Source of the DNA: Octopus sinensis
Lineage: Eukaryota
Direction of reading: 5' to 3'
Length of the DNA stretch: 64,000 nt
Assembly (NCBI RefSeq): GCF_006345805.1
Contig: NC_043014.1
Location: 49,910,001 to 49,974,000 of the forward strand
The stretch's first letter is position 1. Each line of letters opens with the position of its first letter. Positions 50,135-61,952 of the stretch are shown here, piece by piece. A program made the translations under genes and the position numbers. Below the pieces are notes generated by a model. It searched no databases, was not told the DNA's origin, and was given only the letters and a program-made list of their open reading frames with translations.

Positions 50135-50406
50135 TGGTACTACTAGCGAACAGTGGTCCCGGTGCGCGCACTCGCTAGTCGTAAGTAGTCGATCATACAA
50201 CGACTTGCGCTTATGTGTCAAAGAGAATTAAATATTTTTCGAACAAAGTAAATAAAACGCAAAGTAAATAATTTTTTAAACTAAGTAAAATAAATTATTT
50301 TTATAAACAAACTACGGTTAGGGTTAAAAAATCGTTGTAGGATCGACTACTTACGACTAGCTAGCGCGAGTGCACGCACCGGGACCACTGTTCGCTAGTA
50401 GTACCC
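50135..50406. mobile_element. MITE with ~65-bp TIRs and 7-bp TSD
   Basis: ggtactactagcgaacagtggtcccggtgcg... and its reverse complement. Flanking direct repeat ccaacta at 50128-50134 and 50407-50413. Confidence 0.85.
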
Positions 50407-52617
50407 CCAACTACCATGTAGAGGTTGACTCATAATAGCAAGTGTGTGTGTATTTGTTTGTTAAGGTGTGATGTTCTTTAAGTTCGTTTCGTAATCATGT
50501 AGTTTCGGGTTCAATCTCATTGCAAACCAGCTTGGACAATTTTTTTTCTTCCTATAGCCTCGCGTTAACCAAAACTCTGTGTTGATATTCAGAAGGCAGA
50601 AACGGTTGGTCGTGGTTGGAGAGCAGAAAGAGAGAGAGTATTTCTTTATTCACCATAAGGTTGAGAAAAAGAGGGGACAATACGGGGACAGACAAAACAA
50701 ACCTTGGGGTCAGGGTATCGAATGAGACGAAACGTATGAATAAACAAACAATTAAAATATATACAAATAAATGAGAAAAGTGGGGAGAGAGAGAGCTGTT
50801 CGTATTGAGAATGGTACACTTCAATTGTCATCCTTATTTAACCCCACCCAGCTGACCCTTGGGTATTTTTAACAGGTTCCATTCAGTTCTAAAAATTCAG
50901 ACCAGGGCTGTACCCTGAGGATACTCCCACCCCACCTTTTCTCTACCATTCTCAGAGATTCTACAGAATTGTCAAAGGCGTTGCCTTTCTGCTTCCATGC
51001 CAGTGAAAAATACCACAGACCCAACATCACTTCGTCTGCTTCATTTTATGTTATCTTTTACTTGATTCGGTCATTGGACTGCGGCCATGCTGGGGCACCG
51101 ATTTGAAGCGTTTTAGTCGAATGAGCGGACCCCAGTTCTTATTCTTTTAAAGACTAGTACTTATTCTATGGGCTAAGTTATGGTGATGTAAACAAACAAA
51201 CACCGGTTGTCAAGCAGTGGCCGGGGGGACAAACACAAAGACTCACACGCACATATATACACACACACGACGGTCTTCTTTCAGTTTCTGTCTTACAAAT
51301 TCACAAGCAAGGATCTGGCCATCCTATGTCTTCAGTAGAAGACTCTTGCCCAAGATGCCACACTGTAGGATTGAACTAGGAACCATGTGGTTGGAAAGCA
51401 AACTTCTTACCACACAGCTACGTCCACATTTTTAAACACCCATTTTACCTGACAGGTTAGATAAACCTTTAAGGTTTGGTTCCCATATCTCAGCTAGTTT
51501 AATCCGAAAACTATTCAAGACTTATTAAATGTGCGAAATTTTATTATTTGTCTCCCAGTGGTTTCATGATTGCTTTGTTTGGTTACGAAAATCCCAAAAC
51601 AAAACCATTGAATAAAATTAAAATTCCTCAAAGCACTTCCCAGAATGTTTGTTAAATTATAATTATTATAGGCGCAGGAGTGGCTGTGTGGTAAGTAGCT
51701 TGCTTACCAACCACATGGTTCCGGGTTCAGTCCCACTGCATGGCACCTTGGGCAAGTGTCTTCTACTATAGCCTCGGGCCAACCAAAGCCTTGTGAGTGG
51801 ATTTGGTAGACGGAAACTGAAAGAAGCCTGTCGTATATATATAAGTGTGTGTGTATATGTTTGTGCGTCTGTGTTTGTCCCTCCAACATTGCTTGACAAC
51901 CGATGCTGGTGTGTTTACATCCCCATCACTTAGTGGTTCGGCAAAAGAGACCGATAGAATAAGTACTATGCTTACAAAGAATAAATCCTGGGGTCGATTT
52001 GCTTGACTAAAGGCAGTGCTCCAGCATGGCCGCAGTCAAATGACTGAAACAAGTAAAAGAATAGCCAAATAGTTGTCAACAATTACTTACATAAAACATT
52101 CTTTATCATGCCTGTGGGTGTTCCTGCCATTTCATCATATTGAACTGTTAATCCCTTCATGTCTTTTTTCTCTCTTCATTTTCTTTCGTTGTCTCTGTTT
52201 TTTTTTTTCTTCCCTCTCGATCCTTTCTGTCAAAGAGTGTAGGCTCGAAACATCAAAGACTTAACCATTCTTCCCGAGCCTTAAACTAATACACCTGCTT
52301 CTTGTTCCTTCATCTGTCTTTGTCTTTTCTTTTCTGTAAATTTGAACACTCTCTCTCTGTATGTATATATATATATGGCCAAAGTTTAGAACATTTAAAA
52401 AAAAATTAAAATCGTTATGCCCAAGTACAATTCGATTCACATATAACTTTGGGCATTTAATATTAATATAAAAATTTTAATTTTCAGACCTATACTCCAA
52501 ACTTTTTCCACAACTGTATATATATATATATATATATATATTACGGAGATGTACTCGCATAGCAAGTAATTTGATCTGAGATCGTGTGCTGAAACAAAAA
52601 CAATTGCAGCACGGATT

Positions 52618-52668
52618 TTTGTCAGTGAACAGGTCGCGGTCTTAAAGCGACGAAAATATTTTGACAAA
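52618..52668 (+). ncRNA. Type I hammerhead-like fold with G3-C8 swapped core
   Basis: tttgtca-GTGAACA-g-gtcgc[ggtcttaaa]gcgac-GAA-AATATT-T-tgacaaa: perfect 7-bp helix I, 5-bp helix II and palindromic helix III. Confidence 0.6.
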
Positions 52669-52745
52669 TTAAACTTAAATGTTGAAGTGAATCGAACGGC
52701 TTTTGCGTGTTTCTTAAATGGCTTATAAACACCTTCCACGCTGCA

Positions 52746-52787
<42 letters not shown>

Positions 52788-53675
52788 AAATAATAAGGGT
52801 GAAAAATTGAATATTAGTTTGATTAATATCCATTTAAAACCAGTGGTCTAGTATATAGAAAAATCTGAAGATTCTGAAAAATTATATTACATACAGAAAA
52901 CTCTTCTAGCATAATGGATGTCCACTTAGTGGTCATCCCTCTTATATGTATGTAATATATATATATAGATAGATAGATATAAAATACACACACACACTCG
53001 AAAAATCTATTTTTGCAATCATTTGAATCCTTTATTCTTTAGGTTTCGTAAGCAAAAATTAAAAAGTCTGAATCAATGATTATTGAATGTATTAAATATG
53101 TGAATTATTAAATGTATTGCAGATGATGTTGGAATTTAAATTGTTTCAGAACTATTTTCCTCTTCGTCTCAAATGATGAAATTCTATTTTAAATATAAAT
53201 TTTCGCTTTAACCAGTTTGTATTTGCAATTCATTTAATCTCAAGAATGGTGGATTTGATCTTAATCCATCGTGTGCGTCGTGGCCATCCATACTTTCAGG
53301 CATGTCCTTTATGGCCATGCCCTCCTCACCTGTTTCCAAGCAAGATGACATTTCATCATAACCATACATGTTTCTGGAAGAATATTGGAAGTGAACGACA
53401 CTACTTGTATGACAGTGACACTCATTACAAAACAATCAAAGGTATTAGAGAACAGCTGTTCTCTGATCCATCCCTCACAATCTAACTTGGAAAAGAAATC
53501 TTATGTCAGTCAATCAGAACCAGCTGAACTAGAACTCACAACCTGTAGGTTCATTACTTATTTAGGTAAAACATCACCCTCTACACCATATAAATTTCAT
53601 TTCTGATTTCATGAAAACATTATTTAATGTTTATTTCTTTCCTTGTTTATTTCAGGTTTTTAAGCAATTCCGGCC

Positions 53676-53787
53676 ATGCCCATCCCTCCACCATTGGTGA
53701 CTGGTGTGTCCCCTAAGGAGGGTCCTCCTGGAACAAGGATCACAATCAGAGGTGAAAACCTGGGACATGATGCTAAAGACCTTGTTG
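53676..53787 (+). CDS. EXOC2: Exocyst complex component 2 (Sec5), first coding exon (IPT/TIG Ral-binding domain)
   Basis: MPIPPPLVTGVSPKEGPPGTRITIRGENLGHDAKDLV matches the Sec5 PP.VTG.SP.EG...T..TIRGENLG motif. Kozak-like gccATG and donor gtaagc. Confidence 0.95.
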
Positions 53788-55646
53788 GTAAGCTTGTTTT
53801 TAATTTTAATTGTTGTTTTTCTTACCTTGGTAATCATTCTAGAACGTTCTGGAAAGTGGGATGGTCCAGAGACTGGAAGGTTCCAGGGAAGCGTTTTGGT
53901 GAATGGAATCTTCCTGTCCCAGGGAACATTCATGTTTTAGGAACACTTCATTCCTGTTTCAGAGACCATTTTGGAAATGGAATATTCTAGGAATACTCCA
54001 GTTCCTGGAACACTTCCTTCCTTGGAAAATGGAATGCTCCAAGGAAATAGGTATTCTGGAAAGAATAGAATGTCCTGTGGAGCTGAGGTAACCCATAGAA
54101 CTAAGGGAATGGAATGTTCTGAGGAACCCAAATGTTCTGCTAAAAGAATGTCCTGGAGAATGGAGTGTTTGATGAAGAGGGATATGGAAAGTTCCAGGGA
54201 ATGGAATGTTCTGACACTCTTATAATTCTGCCAATCCACTTCCCTAGCATGGTGTATTATTTATAGACCCTGAAAGGATGAACGACAAAGTTGACCTCGG
54301 CAGGATTTGAACTCATATCACAGAATTAAAATAAAATACATAAAGTATTCTATATTCCTTGGACATCTATATATATATATATGCATCTCTCCCCCCCCCC
54401 CACCTTGATTGGCTCTCATGCCGGGTGGCATGTGAAACGCACCATTCGAGCATGTTCGTTGCCAGCGTCCCCTTACTGGCACATGTGCTGGTGGTACATG
54501 AAAAGCAACATTCGAGCATGGTCAATGCCAGTGCCGTTGGACTGGCTCCTGTGCAGGTAGCACATAAAAAACACCTTTTGAGCATGGTCATTGCCAGAAC
54601 TGCCTGACTGACCCTCGTGTTGGTGGCATGTAAAAGCACCCACTACACTCTTGGAGTAGTTGGCATTAGGAAGGGCATCCAGCTGTAGAAACTTTACCAT
54701 ATCAGATTGGAGCCTGGTGCAGCCTTCTGGTTCGCCAGTCCTCAGTCAAACCGTCCAACCCATGCCAGCATGGAAAGTGGACGTTAAACGATGATGATGT
54801 TGATGATGATGATATACTCCTGTCATACAGCGCTTTATTTCCTTTAATATATATCCCTGTCATACACCCGCCTCATTATCTTTAACCTTGATCCCCATCA
54901 CCTCTTTACTACCTCTGTCCCTTTATCATTTAAATTGGCCATATAATCTACCATATAAGCTGGCCAAATAATCTGTTTTTTGTTCCAATTGGCTATGTCC
55001 AGCCTCTCACACCTAACCTACATTGTCATTCTAAAGCAAAGTATATCACATCATTGAAATCTCAAAGCTACAAGATAATGCATGATGAATTCAAAACCAA
55101 TGTGAATAGATAAGCATTACATTTGACAGAAATCTGAATGCTGCAAGGTTAATATACATACACCCCAGTCACAGACCTTTTCCACTACCTTTCATATATA
55201 CCCCAACATCAAAATGAAAATCAAATGGAAATTGTAGTTAAGATACTTGTGCCGGTGACACGTTAAAAGCACCGTCCGAACATGGCAGATGCCAGCGCCA
55301 CCTGACTGGTGTCCGTGTCAGTGACATGTAAAAGCACCAACCGATCGTGGCCGTTTGCCAGCCTTCTCTGGCCCCTGTGCCGGTGGCACATAAAAAGCAC
55401 CCTCTACACTCATGGAGTGTTTGGCGTTAGGAAGGGCATCCAGCTGTAGAAACACTGCCAGATCAGACTGGAGCCTGGTGCAACCTCCTGGCTTTCCAGA
55501 CCCTAGTTGAACCGTCCAACCCATGCTAGCATGGAAAACGGACGTTAAGTGATGATGATGAGGATGTACCCCCTATTGCACACCTCTTCACTAATTCTCC
55601 AAGGCTCCCGAGTTAATTTCTAACTGCTGTTGTTTTATATTTTCAG

Positions 55647-55817
55647 GTTTAAAGATTTGTGGTGTCGACTGCCTGTTGTCTGCAGAATGGAAGACTTCGA
55701 GTAAAATTGTGGCCCGTACCGGCCCTGGTAAAGGAAAGGGAGAAATCATCGTAAGCACAAGAACTGGTGGTGTTGGAAGTTGTACCGTTGGCTTCCGTGG
55801 CTATTTCATTCAAATAG
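55647..55817 (+). CDS. EXOC2: EXOC2 coding exon 2
   Basis: Encodes GLKICGVDCLLSAEWKTSSKIVARTGPGKGKGEIIVSTRTGGVGSCTVGFRGYFIQI. Phase 1 to phase 1. Confidence 0.95.
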
Positions 55818-56861
55818 GTAACGTGTCTCTCTTGTCTTAGACTCACAGGAACTTTGTAGGAATATGGCTGTCTTTTATGTTGGAGACGTTGTTACACTTT
55901 TTTTTCTATGTGTTGTTGTTGTTTTGCCCCTGGGTCAATCATGATTCAGCAGGACTATGATCAAAGACATTCCAGCTTGGACTATGTTATTCATCCTGTG
56001 GGGTGGCATTATTTGAAAGCCACAGCAATATGAAGTGCATTGTGACCAGACATGTAGAACAACATCCAGTAGTCTGGTTGATATAATGAGATATATATAT
56101 CTAATATAATAAATGCGAAAACTAATTTCTGTGTGTCACACTTCGACCCCCCCTCTCTCACTATTTATTGACACTTCTATTATCGCTCATGCTGGGGTGA
56201 GAGTAATAATAGGCATAGAGACGGTGAGGGCAGTGGTGAAGACAGACAGAGAGGGAGAAAACGAGACAGAAATTTAGGGAGAGTTGATGATATTTTAATT
56301 AAAAGTAGTTGTGTTGATGGTGGCAGTGGGAGTAATAATAAGTGAGAGAGAAAGAGGGACTGAATGCTGAACCAACATACTGAACACAATTCTTTTACAC
56401 ACACATTTAATCTTTTTGTATGGTAATGGAGTAATAATAATAGTATGAGTTGTAGTTGTGATAGAGGCAGTGGTGGTGGTGGTAGCTGAGGCAGTCAGGG
56501 ATGACGATGAGAGTAAGTGATGCAAAAGACAGTGGTGATGGTGGTGGAGAGGAAGGCAGCAAAGTCAAATGTATTGATGGTGGTGGCATCAGAAGTCTGA
56601 ACGGTGTGTGTATGGCAGATGTGGTGGCAATGGTGGTGGTACTGTTGTTTATCATTCAGCTTTGCAATAAGTTCCAAGTCAACAACTTATATCATTGTTT
56701 TGATGAAAATTGTTCATTGCTTGAAAAATATTGGTCAGGTTTAATAAAATTTAATATGTAATCAATGCACGATGTGTCATTGTTGGGCCCAAGGCCTAAT
56801 GAAGAGCTTTCAACAGGAGCTAGCTTAAAAGCCACCTGATAGGGTAGCTTTTAAGCTATTA

Positions 56862-56897
<36 letters not shown>

Positions 56898-57297
56898 AAG
56901 GGTATTCTCCATAGAAACCTTGCCAAATCAGACTGTAACATGGTGCAGCCACCCAACTTACCAGTTTTCAGTCAAACCATCCAACCCATGCTAGCATGGA
57001 AAGTGGATGTTAAATGATGATGATATATATATGCCTGGCTTCCAACTGCCAAATTTCTTCACAAGACTTTGGTCAACCTAGCGTTATAATAAAAGACACC
57101 TGCCCAGAGTGCTGCTCATTAGTATGTCATGCACACTCATTAGTGAAATGTGATGTGTTTTCTTTCCTTTTTTTCTTTTTTTGCAATGTCTTCAATTAAA
57201 TTTTTTCTGCAAAGTTCAAATTTTCATGATTTAATATAGTTTTTGACAAAACCTCCATTATTCTTGGTGCACAATTCTATTTTCGCTACTCCTTCAG

Positions 57298-57433
57298 GCC
57301 CACTTCAAGAATCTGCAATCTGGATTGATGAATCTCAAACAGTTTTGTCAAATCTTGGTCGTGGTCGAGCGTCTTCTCCAATGTTAATCAAAGACAATGA
57401 AGATCCTCTCGGTCTTTCGGATGAAGGAACACA
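57298..57433 (+). CDS. EXOC2: EXOC2 coding exon 3
   Basis: Encodes GPLQESAIWIDESQ...NEDPLGLSDEGT (SA.W.DE and PLG motifs). Donor gtaagt. Confidence 0.93.
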
Positions 57434-58588
57434 GTAAGTTAAACTCAAATATCAGAATTCTTCAGTCTTTTACACTTGGTGATCTAGATTCCTTCCTTCT
57501 CGGAATCTCAAGAGCATCTCTAGTATGATTTGAACTTGTGAATTCATGTTAGATCAATAAATCCAGCCAATGTAGTTTCTTGTTTTGTCATGCATGTCAT
57601 AGTCAGAGGCAGAAGGGAAGCAATTTTTTTTACCATTCTTAGGATCTCCAAGACTGGCAGAAGGTAGAGATGAAATTTTTTTGAGGCCAAAGTTCTGACT
57701 GGAATACTGGTAACAGAGTGAATTCTTCTAGAAGCACCCGAGGCTTAGCTGCTGGGTAATGGGTAATGGATTAAGTTTACCAATCAACCAACTTGAATGG
57801 TTCCTTTGACAGGCATTCACACAGTTTCCTTATTTCTTAATTGCCCCCAAGGGGCTAAACAGAGGGAACGAACAAGGACAGACGAAGGGATTAAGTCGAT
57901 TACATTGACCTAAGTGCATAACTGGTACTTAATTTATTGACCCTAAAAGGATGAAAGGCAAAGTCGACCTCAGCGGAATTTGAATTCAGAACATAATGGC
58001 AGACGAAATACCGCTAAGCATTTTGCCCAGCATGCTAACATTTCTGCCAGCTCGCTGCCTTTCCATCTACCTAGTTCCATCCACAAGATTTTAGTTAACA
58101 ATAGAAGACTTTTCCAAGTGTAAATTATCAATTAGAATATAAACCGCCTGACTGGCCCCTGTACCGGTGGCACGTAAAAGCACCCACTACACTCTCAAAG
58201 TGGTTGGCGTTAGGAAGGTCATCCAGCTGTAGAAACTCTGCCAGATCAAGATTGTGGCCTGGTGCTGCCATCTGGTTCGCCAGTACTCAGTCAAATCGTC
58301 CAACCCATGCTAGCATGGAAAGCGGACGTTAAACGACGATGATGATGATGATGATAATAATTATTCTGTAATGTTGTAGATGTTATTGCTGTTGTTTCTG
58401 GCTGAGACTGTCATCTTTGCTTTTGATGTAAGGTGTCTTGGACTACTTTATCCAGTTTTACATGTTTTGCTCTCTCCCTTTCTTTCTCCCCTTCTTCCCT
58501 TTCTTATTCTCTTCTTTGTAGTTCTCATCCTTTCCTTTCTTTCTTCCATGATTCATAAATTTCCTGTTTTTCTAAATAATTTTTCCAG

Positions 58589-58632
58589 ACCAAAATTTAA
58601 AGAAGACGAATTGCTTGAGATGTTTCCAGAAG
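58589..58632 (+). CDS. EXOC2: EXOC2 coding exon 4 (44 nt)
   Basis: Encodes PKFKEDELLEMFPE. ttccag acceptor and gtgagt donor; phases fit both neighbours. Confidence 0.88.
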
Positions 58633-58896
58633 GTGAGTTGATAGATTTTATTTTTTCAAATTTTTCTTTTCAAAAGGATAGTAATGAATGCTGTGAGTGT
58701 ACAAAAGGGGGAGAGTTATTCTGTGTAGGGGGGAGTTACTGGATGTAGAGGTGCATTTACTGCATGTGGGGTGAGTTAGTGCATCTAGGGACAAGTTATT
58801 GTGTGGAGAAGGAGTTACTGCATGTAGGGATAAAATATTTAATCTAATTATCATTAAATGTAATACCATACTGCCATACGCACACACACACACATA

Positions 58897-59258
58897 TCTA
58901 TATATATAAACGGCAAAATGTGTGTGTGTGTATCCTTTATACAAATCCACAATTTTTCAGTTAGAGGGCTCGCACTTTCTATGGTCATTGAAAACCGTCC
59001 AAGGGTGGTCGTGCACATCTTTACATTTCCCCAGTCACCCTGCAAAGCCATTAAAAAATCAATAGAAGTGACTTTTTTGTGAATTTTCTATCCAAAACCC
59101 AATCAAAATGCCCGAAACTTGATATGCCAATTGAATGCCAGCTACCTGTATGTGATCGGTCGGAGATTTGGACAGTACTTGCGTGTATGTGCGCACGCAT
59201 GCAGCTGTATATGCGTGCACTAGCACTATGACCCTGCGTTGCCGGGTCATAGTGCTAG
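58897..59258 (+). mobile_element. Non-autonomous Helitron-like element with extended terminal palindrome
   Basis: Starts A|TCtatatatataaacggca and ends CTAG|T within a 16-bp inverted repeat. Confidence 0.75.
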
Positions 59259-59683
59259 TATATTTATATATGTTTACTCTTATTTTGTTACTTGCAGTAA
59301 TAAGCTGGTGGATTCCCATGCAGCTTTTATATTTTTAACACTGTGGACCCTGCCCAATGGTATCTGTCCAAGTGTCGAAACCATAGTCATATCTGTTTGA
59401 GCAGCTGATGATGGGAATACATTTGTTATGCATCAATTGTGAATTTCTCATATCTTAGTCTCATTGTTCTGGGTTGTCCTTTATTCTTGTAAAGTGGAAA
59501 GTGTTTGTGGAATCATAGTTTGTGGGGATCCCTTACTTTGGCATCATTTGTTTTTTTTTCATAAGTAACCTAGATAGGCTTAGATATTGGTGTCCAGTTT
59601 TGTGAGGTTCTGTAGCATATATATATATAATATAAATAATATACATATATATACATACATACATGTACATGCCTACATATATA

Positions 59684-59719
<36 letters not shown>

Positions 59720-59720
<1 letters not shown>

Positions 59721-60695
59721 CCATGCTACATGGCAGCGAAACATGGGCCGTGACTGCTGAGGACATGCGTAAGCTCGTGAGGAATGAAGCCAGTATGCTC
59801 CGATGGATGTGTAATGTCAGTGTACATACTCGACAGAGCGTTAGCACCTTGAGAGAAATGTTGTACCTAAGAAGCATCAGTTGTGGTGTACAAGGGAGAC
59901 GATTGCGCTGGTATGGTCATGTGGCGAGAATGGATGAAGATAGGTGTGTGAGAAAGTGCCAATCCCTGGCAGTTGAGGGAACCCGTGGAAGAGGTAGACC
60001 CAGGAAAACCTGGGACGAGGTGGTGAAGCACGACCTTCGAACTTTAGGCCTCACTGAGGAAATGACCAGAGACCGAGATCTTTGGAAATATTCTGTACGT
60101 GAGAAGACCAGGCAGGACAAGTGAGCCCAGCCCACTTATGAATGCCTTTCCTCCCTTGGACACAAAGACCGGTTGAGGCAAGCGAAGTCGATATAGAACC
60201 TCATCCGACGACAGACACCCATGCCAACCCCCCATGCTTGCGAAGACATGTTGGGGCAAGCGAAATCGAAATCGAATTGAACCAGCCAGGATCCCTGGTC
60301 TGGTGGTACGTAAAAAGCACTATCCGACTCGTGGCCGTGGCACGTAAAATACTCCAATGCGACCGTACGACAGGCACCCATGCCAACCCCCTTTGCTTGT
60401 GAGGACATGTTGATGCCAGCACCGCCTCGACTGGCTTCCGTGCCGGTGGCACATAAAATACACCAATCTGACCGTGGCCGTTGCCAGCCCCGCCTGGCAC
60501 CTGTGCAGGTGGCACATAAAAAGCACCCACTACACTCACGGAGTGGTTGGCGTTAGGAAGGGCATCCAGCTGTAGAAACATTGCCAGATTAGACTGGAGC
60601 CTGGTGCAGCCTTCTGGCTTCCCAGAACCCCGGTCGAACCGTCCAACCCATGCTAGCATGGAGAACGGACGTTAAACGACGATGATGATGATGTT
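59720..60695 (+). mobile_element. RTE LINE 3' fragment (ORF2 end, 3' UTR, (gat)n tail)
   Basis: Open frame MLHGSETW...RRLRWYGHVARM...GTRGRGRPRKTW...DRDLW runs directly into family-3 sequence. Confidence 0.9.
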
Positions 60696-60751
60696 GATAT
60701 ATATATATATGAAAGAATGGAGTTGAACGACGAATTAACAAAATTCCTTTA

Positions 60752-60834
60752 TTTTCGACATATGTTTCGAAGGCTGCATATTCCTAATTGCAAAGGAATA
60801 AGGAGTATATTATGCCACTTTCTCATCAGGAAAA
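60752..60834 (-). ncRNA. Minimal type I hammerhead ribozyme motif
   Basis: Minus strand reads ttttc-CTGATGA-gaa[long helix II]ttc-GAAA-CATATG-TC-gaaaa. Canonical core, GUC site and palindromic helix III. AATAAA overlaps the 3' strand of helix I. Confidence 0.75.
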
Positions 60835-60919
60835 GCAAGGAACATATGTCAACATCAAGATGCACAAAAAACTTTTAGATGACTGCTCACACGGAGCCCA
60901 TAGCGATAATGAATGTCTC

Positions 60920-60959
<40 letters not shown>

Positions 60960-61409
60960 GCATATATGGGTACAGGATGTAAAAAAAACATGAACAAAAT
61001 GAGAAACGAGAACATAAAAAACAAAAGCATGGAAAACAAACTTTTTTTTAACAATGAAAGAAACAAATAGAGAAATGAGACAGGCAACATAAAGAACATT
61101 CCCTTCATCAGTTGTCCCCTCTTTTATCTACTCCACATTTCGAGGGTAGGGACAAGACACGATTTCATTAAAACAGTCCTTCCCGCAAAGCAAATTGAAT
61201 AAAATTTTGGATTTTTTTGTGGAGGATTAAAGTGGTAACAAAAACAGGACAGTGAGAACAAAACAGTAAAAACAAACAGTAAGGGCTGTTGAGCCATAAC
61301 GAGGTGAAGTGGTGAATGCTGGAAAAACGAGCATACATATGTATATGTGTATTTGTCTTGTCTTTGTTTTGTTATGGACTTCATCTTGTCTTTCCAACAT
61401 TTCTTCTAG

Positions 61410-61479
61410 CTTCTGGTAAAATGTCTTTGGAGAATTTTTCACCAGCTTGGTATCTCTTGGAGAACCATCACTCTACAAG
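61410..61479 (+). CDS. EXOC2: EXOC2 coding exon 5
   Basis: Encodes ASGKMSLENFSPAWYLLENHHST, matching the ENFS.AWYL.ENH motif. Confidence 0.94.
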
Positions 61480-61864
61480 GTATGAGAAATTCTTTAATTT
61501 TTAACATTGCATTTCGGTGTGTCCCCCTCCCCCCCAACATTGCTTGACACCCAATGCTGGTGTGTTTACGTCCCCGTCACTTAGCAGTTTGGCAAAAGAG
61601 ACCGATGGAATAAGTCCTGGGGTCGATTTACTTGACTAAAGGTGGTGCTCCAGCATGGCCGCATTCAAATGACTGAAACAAAAGAATATGTGTGTGTGTG
61701 TGTGTGTGTGGCGATGAATTCTTCTCTCCAACTCCCTTCCTCTTTTTCTCTATGTGTACGTGTGTGCATATATATATATATATAAAACGGGAAGCTTTAT
61801 GAAAATAAACAGAAGACGAAGGCAGGTGGAGTACAAACAAACAATTGTATTAGTATGGCGCTCA

Positions 61865-61902
<38 letters not shown>

Positions 61903-61952
61903 ATGCACACACACACATACATACTTGCACAGAATCTGTTTGTTCTCTTCAG

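Noticed and set aside
50316-50325. Interstitial telomere
   Set aside because: Fewer than two TTAGGG units, inside a MITE.
53903-54239. ORFs of 62-100 aa after the first EXOC2 coding exon
   Set aside because: They lie beyond a clear splice donor at 53788 in a degenerate GGAA/TTCC repeat, with no protein-family features.
61095-61150. Minus-strand GAAA...CTGATGA as a type II hammerhead (similar case at about 59370-59420)
   Set aside because: Could not form helices I and III around a valid NUH site.
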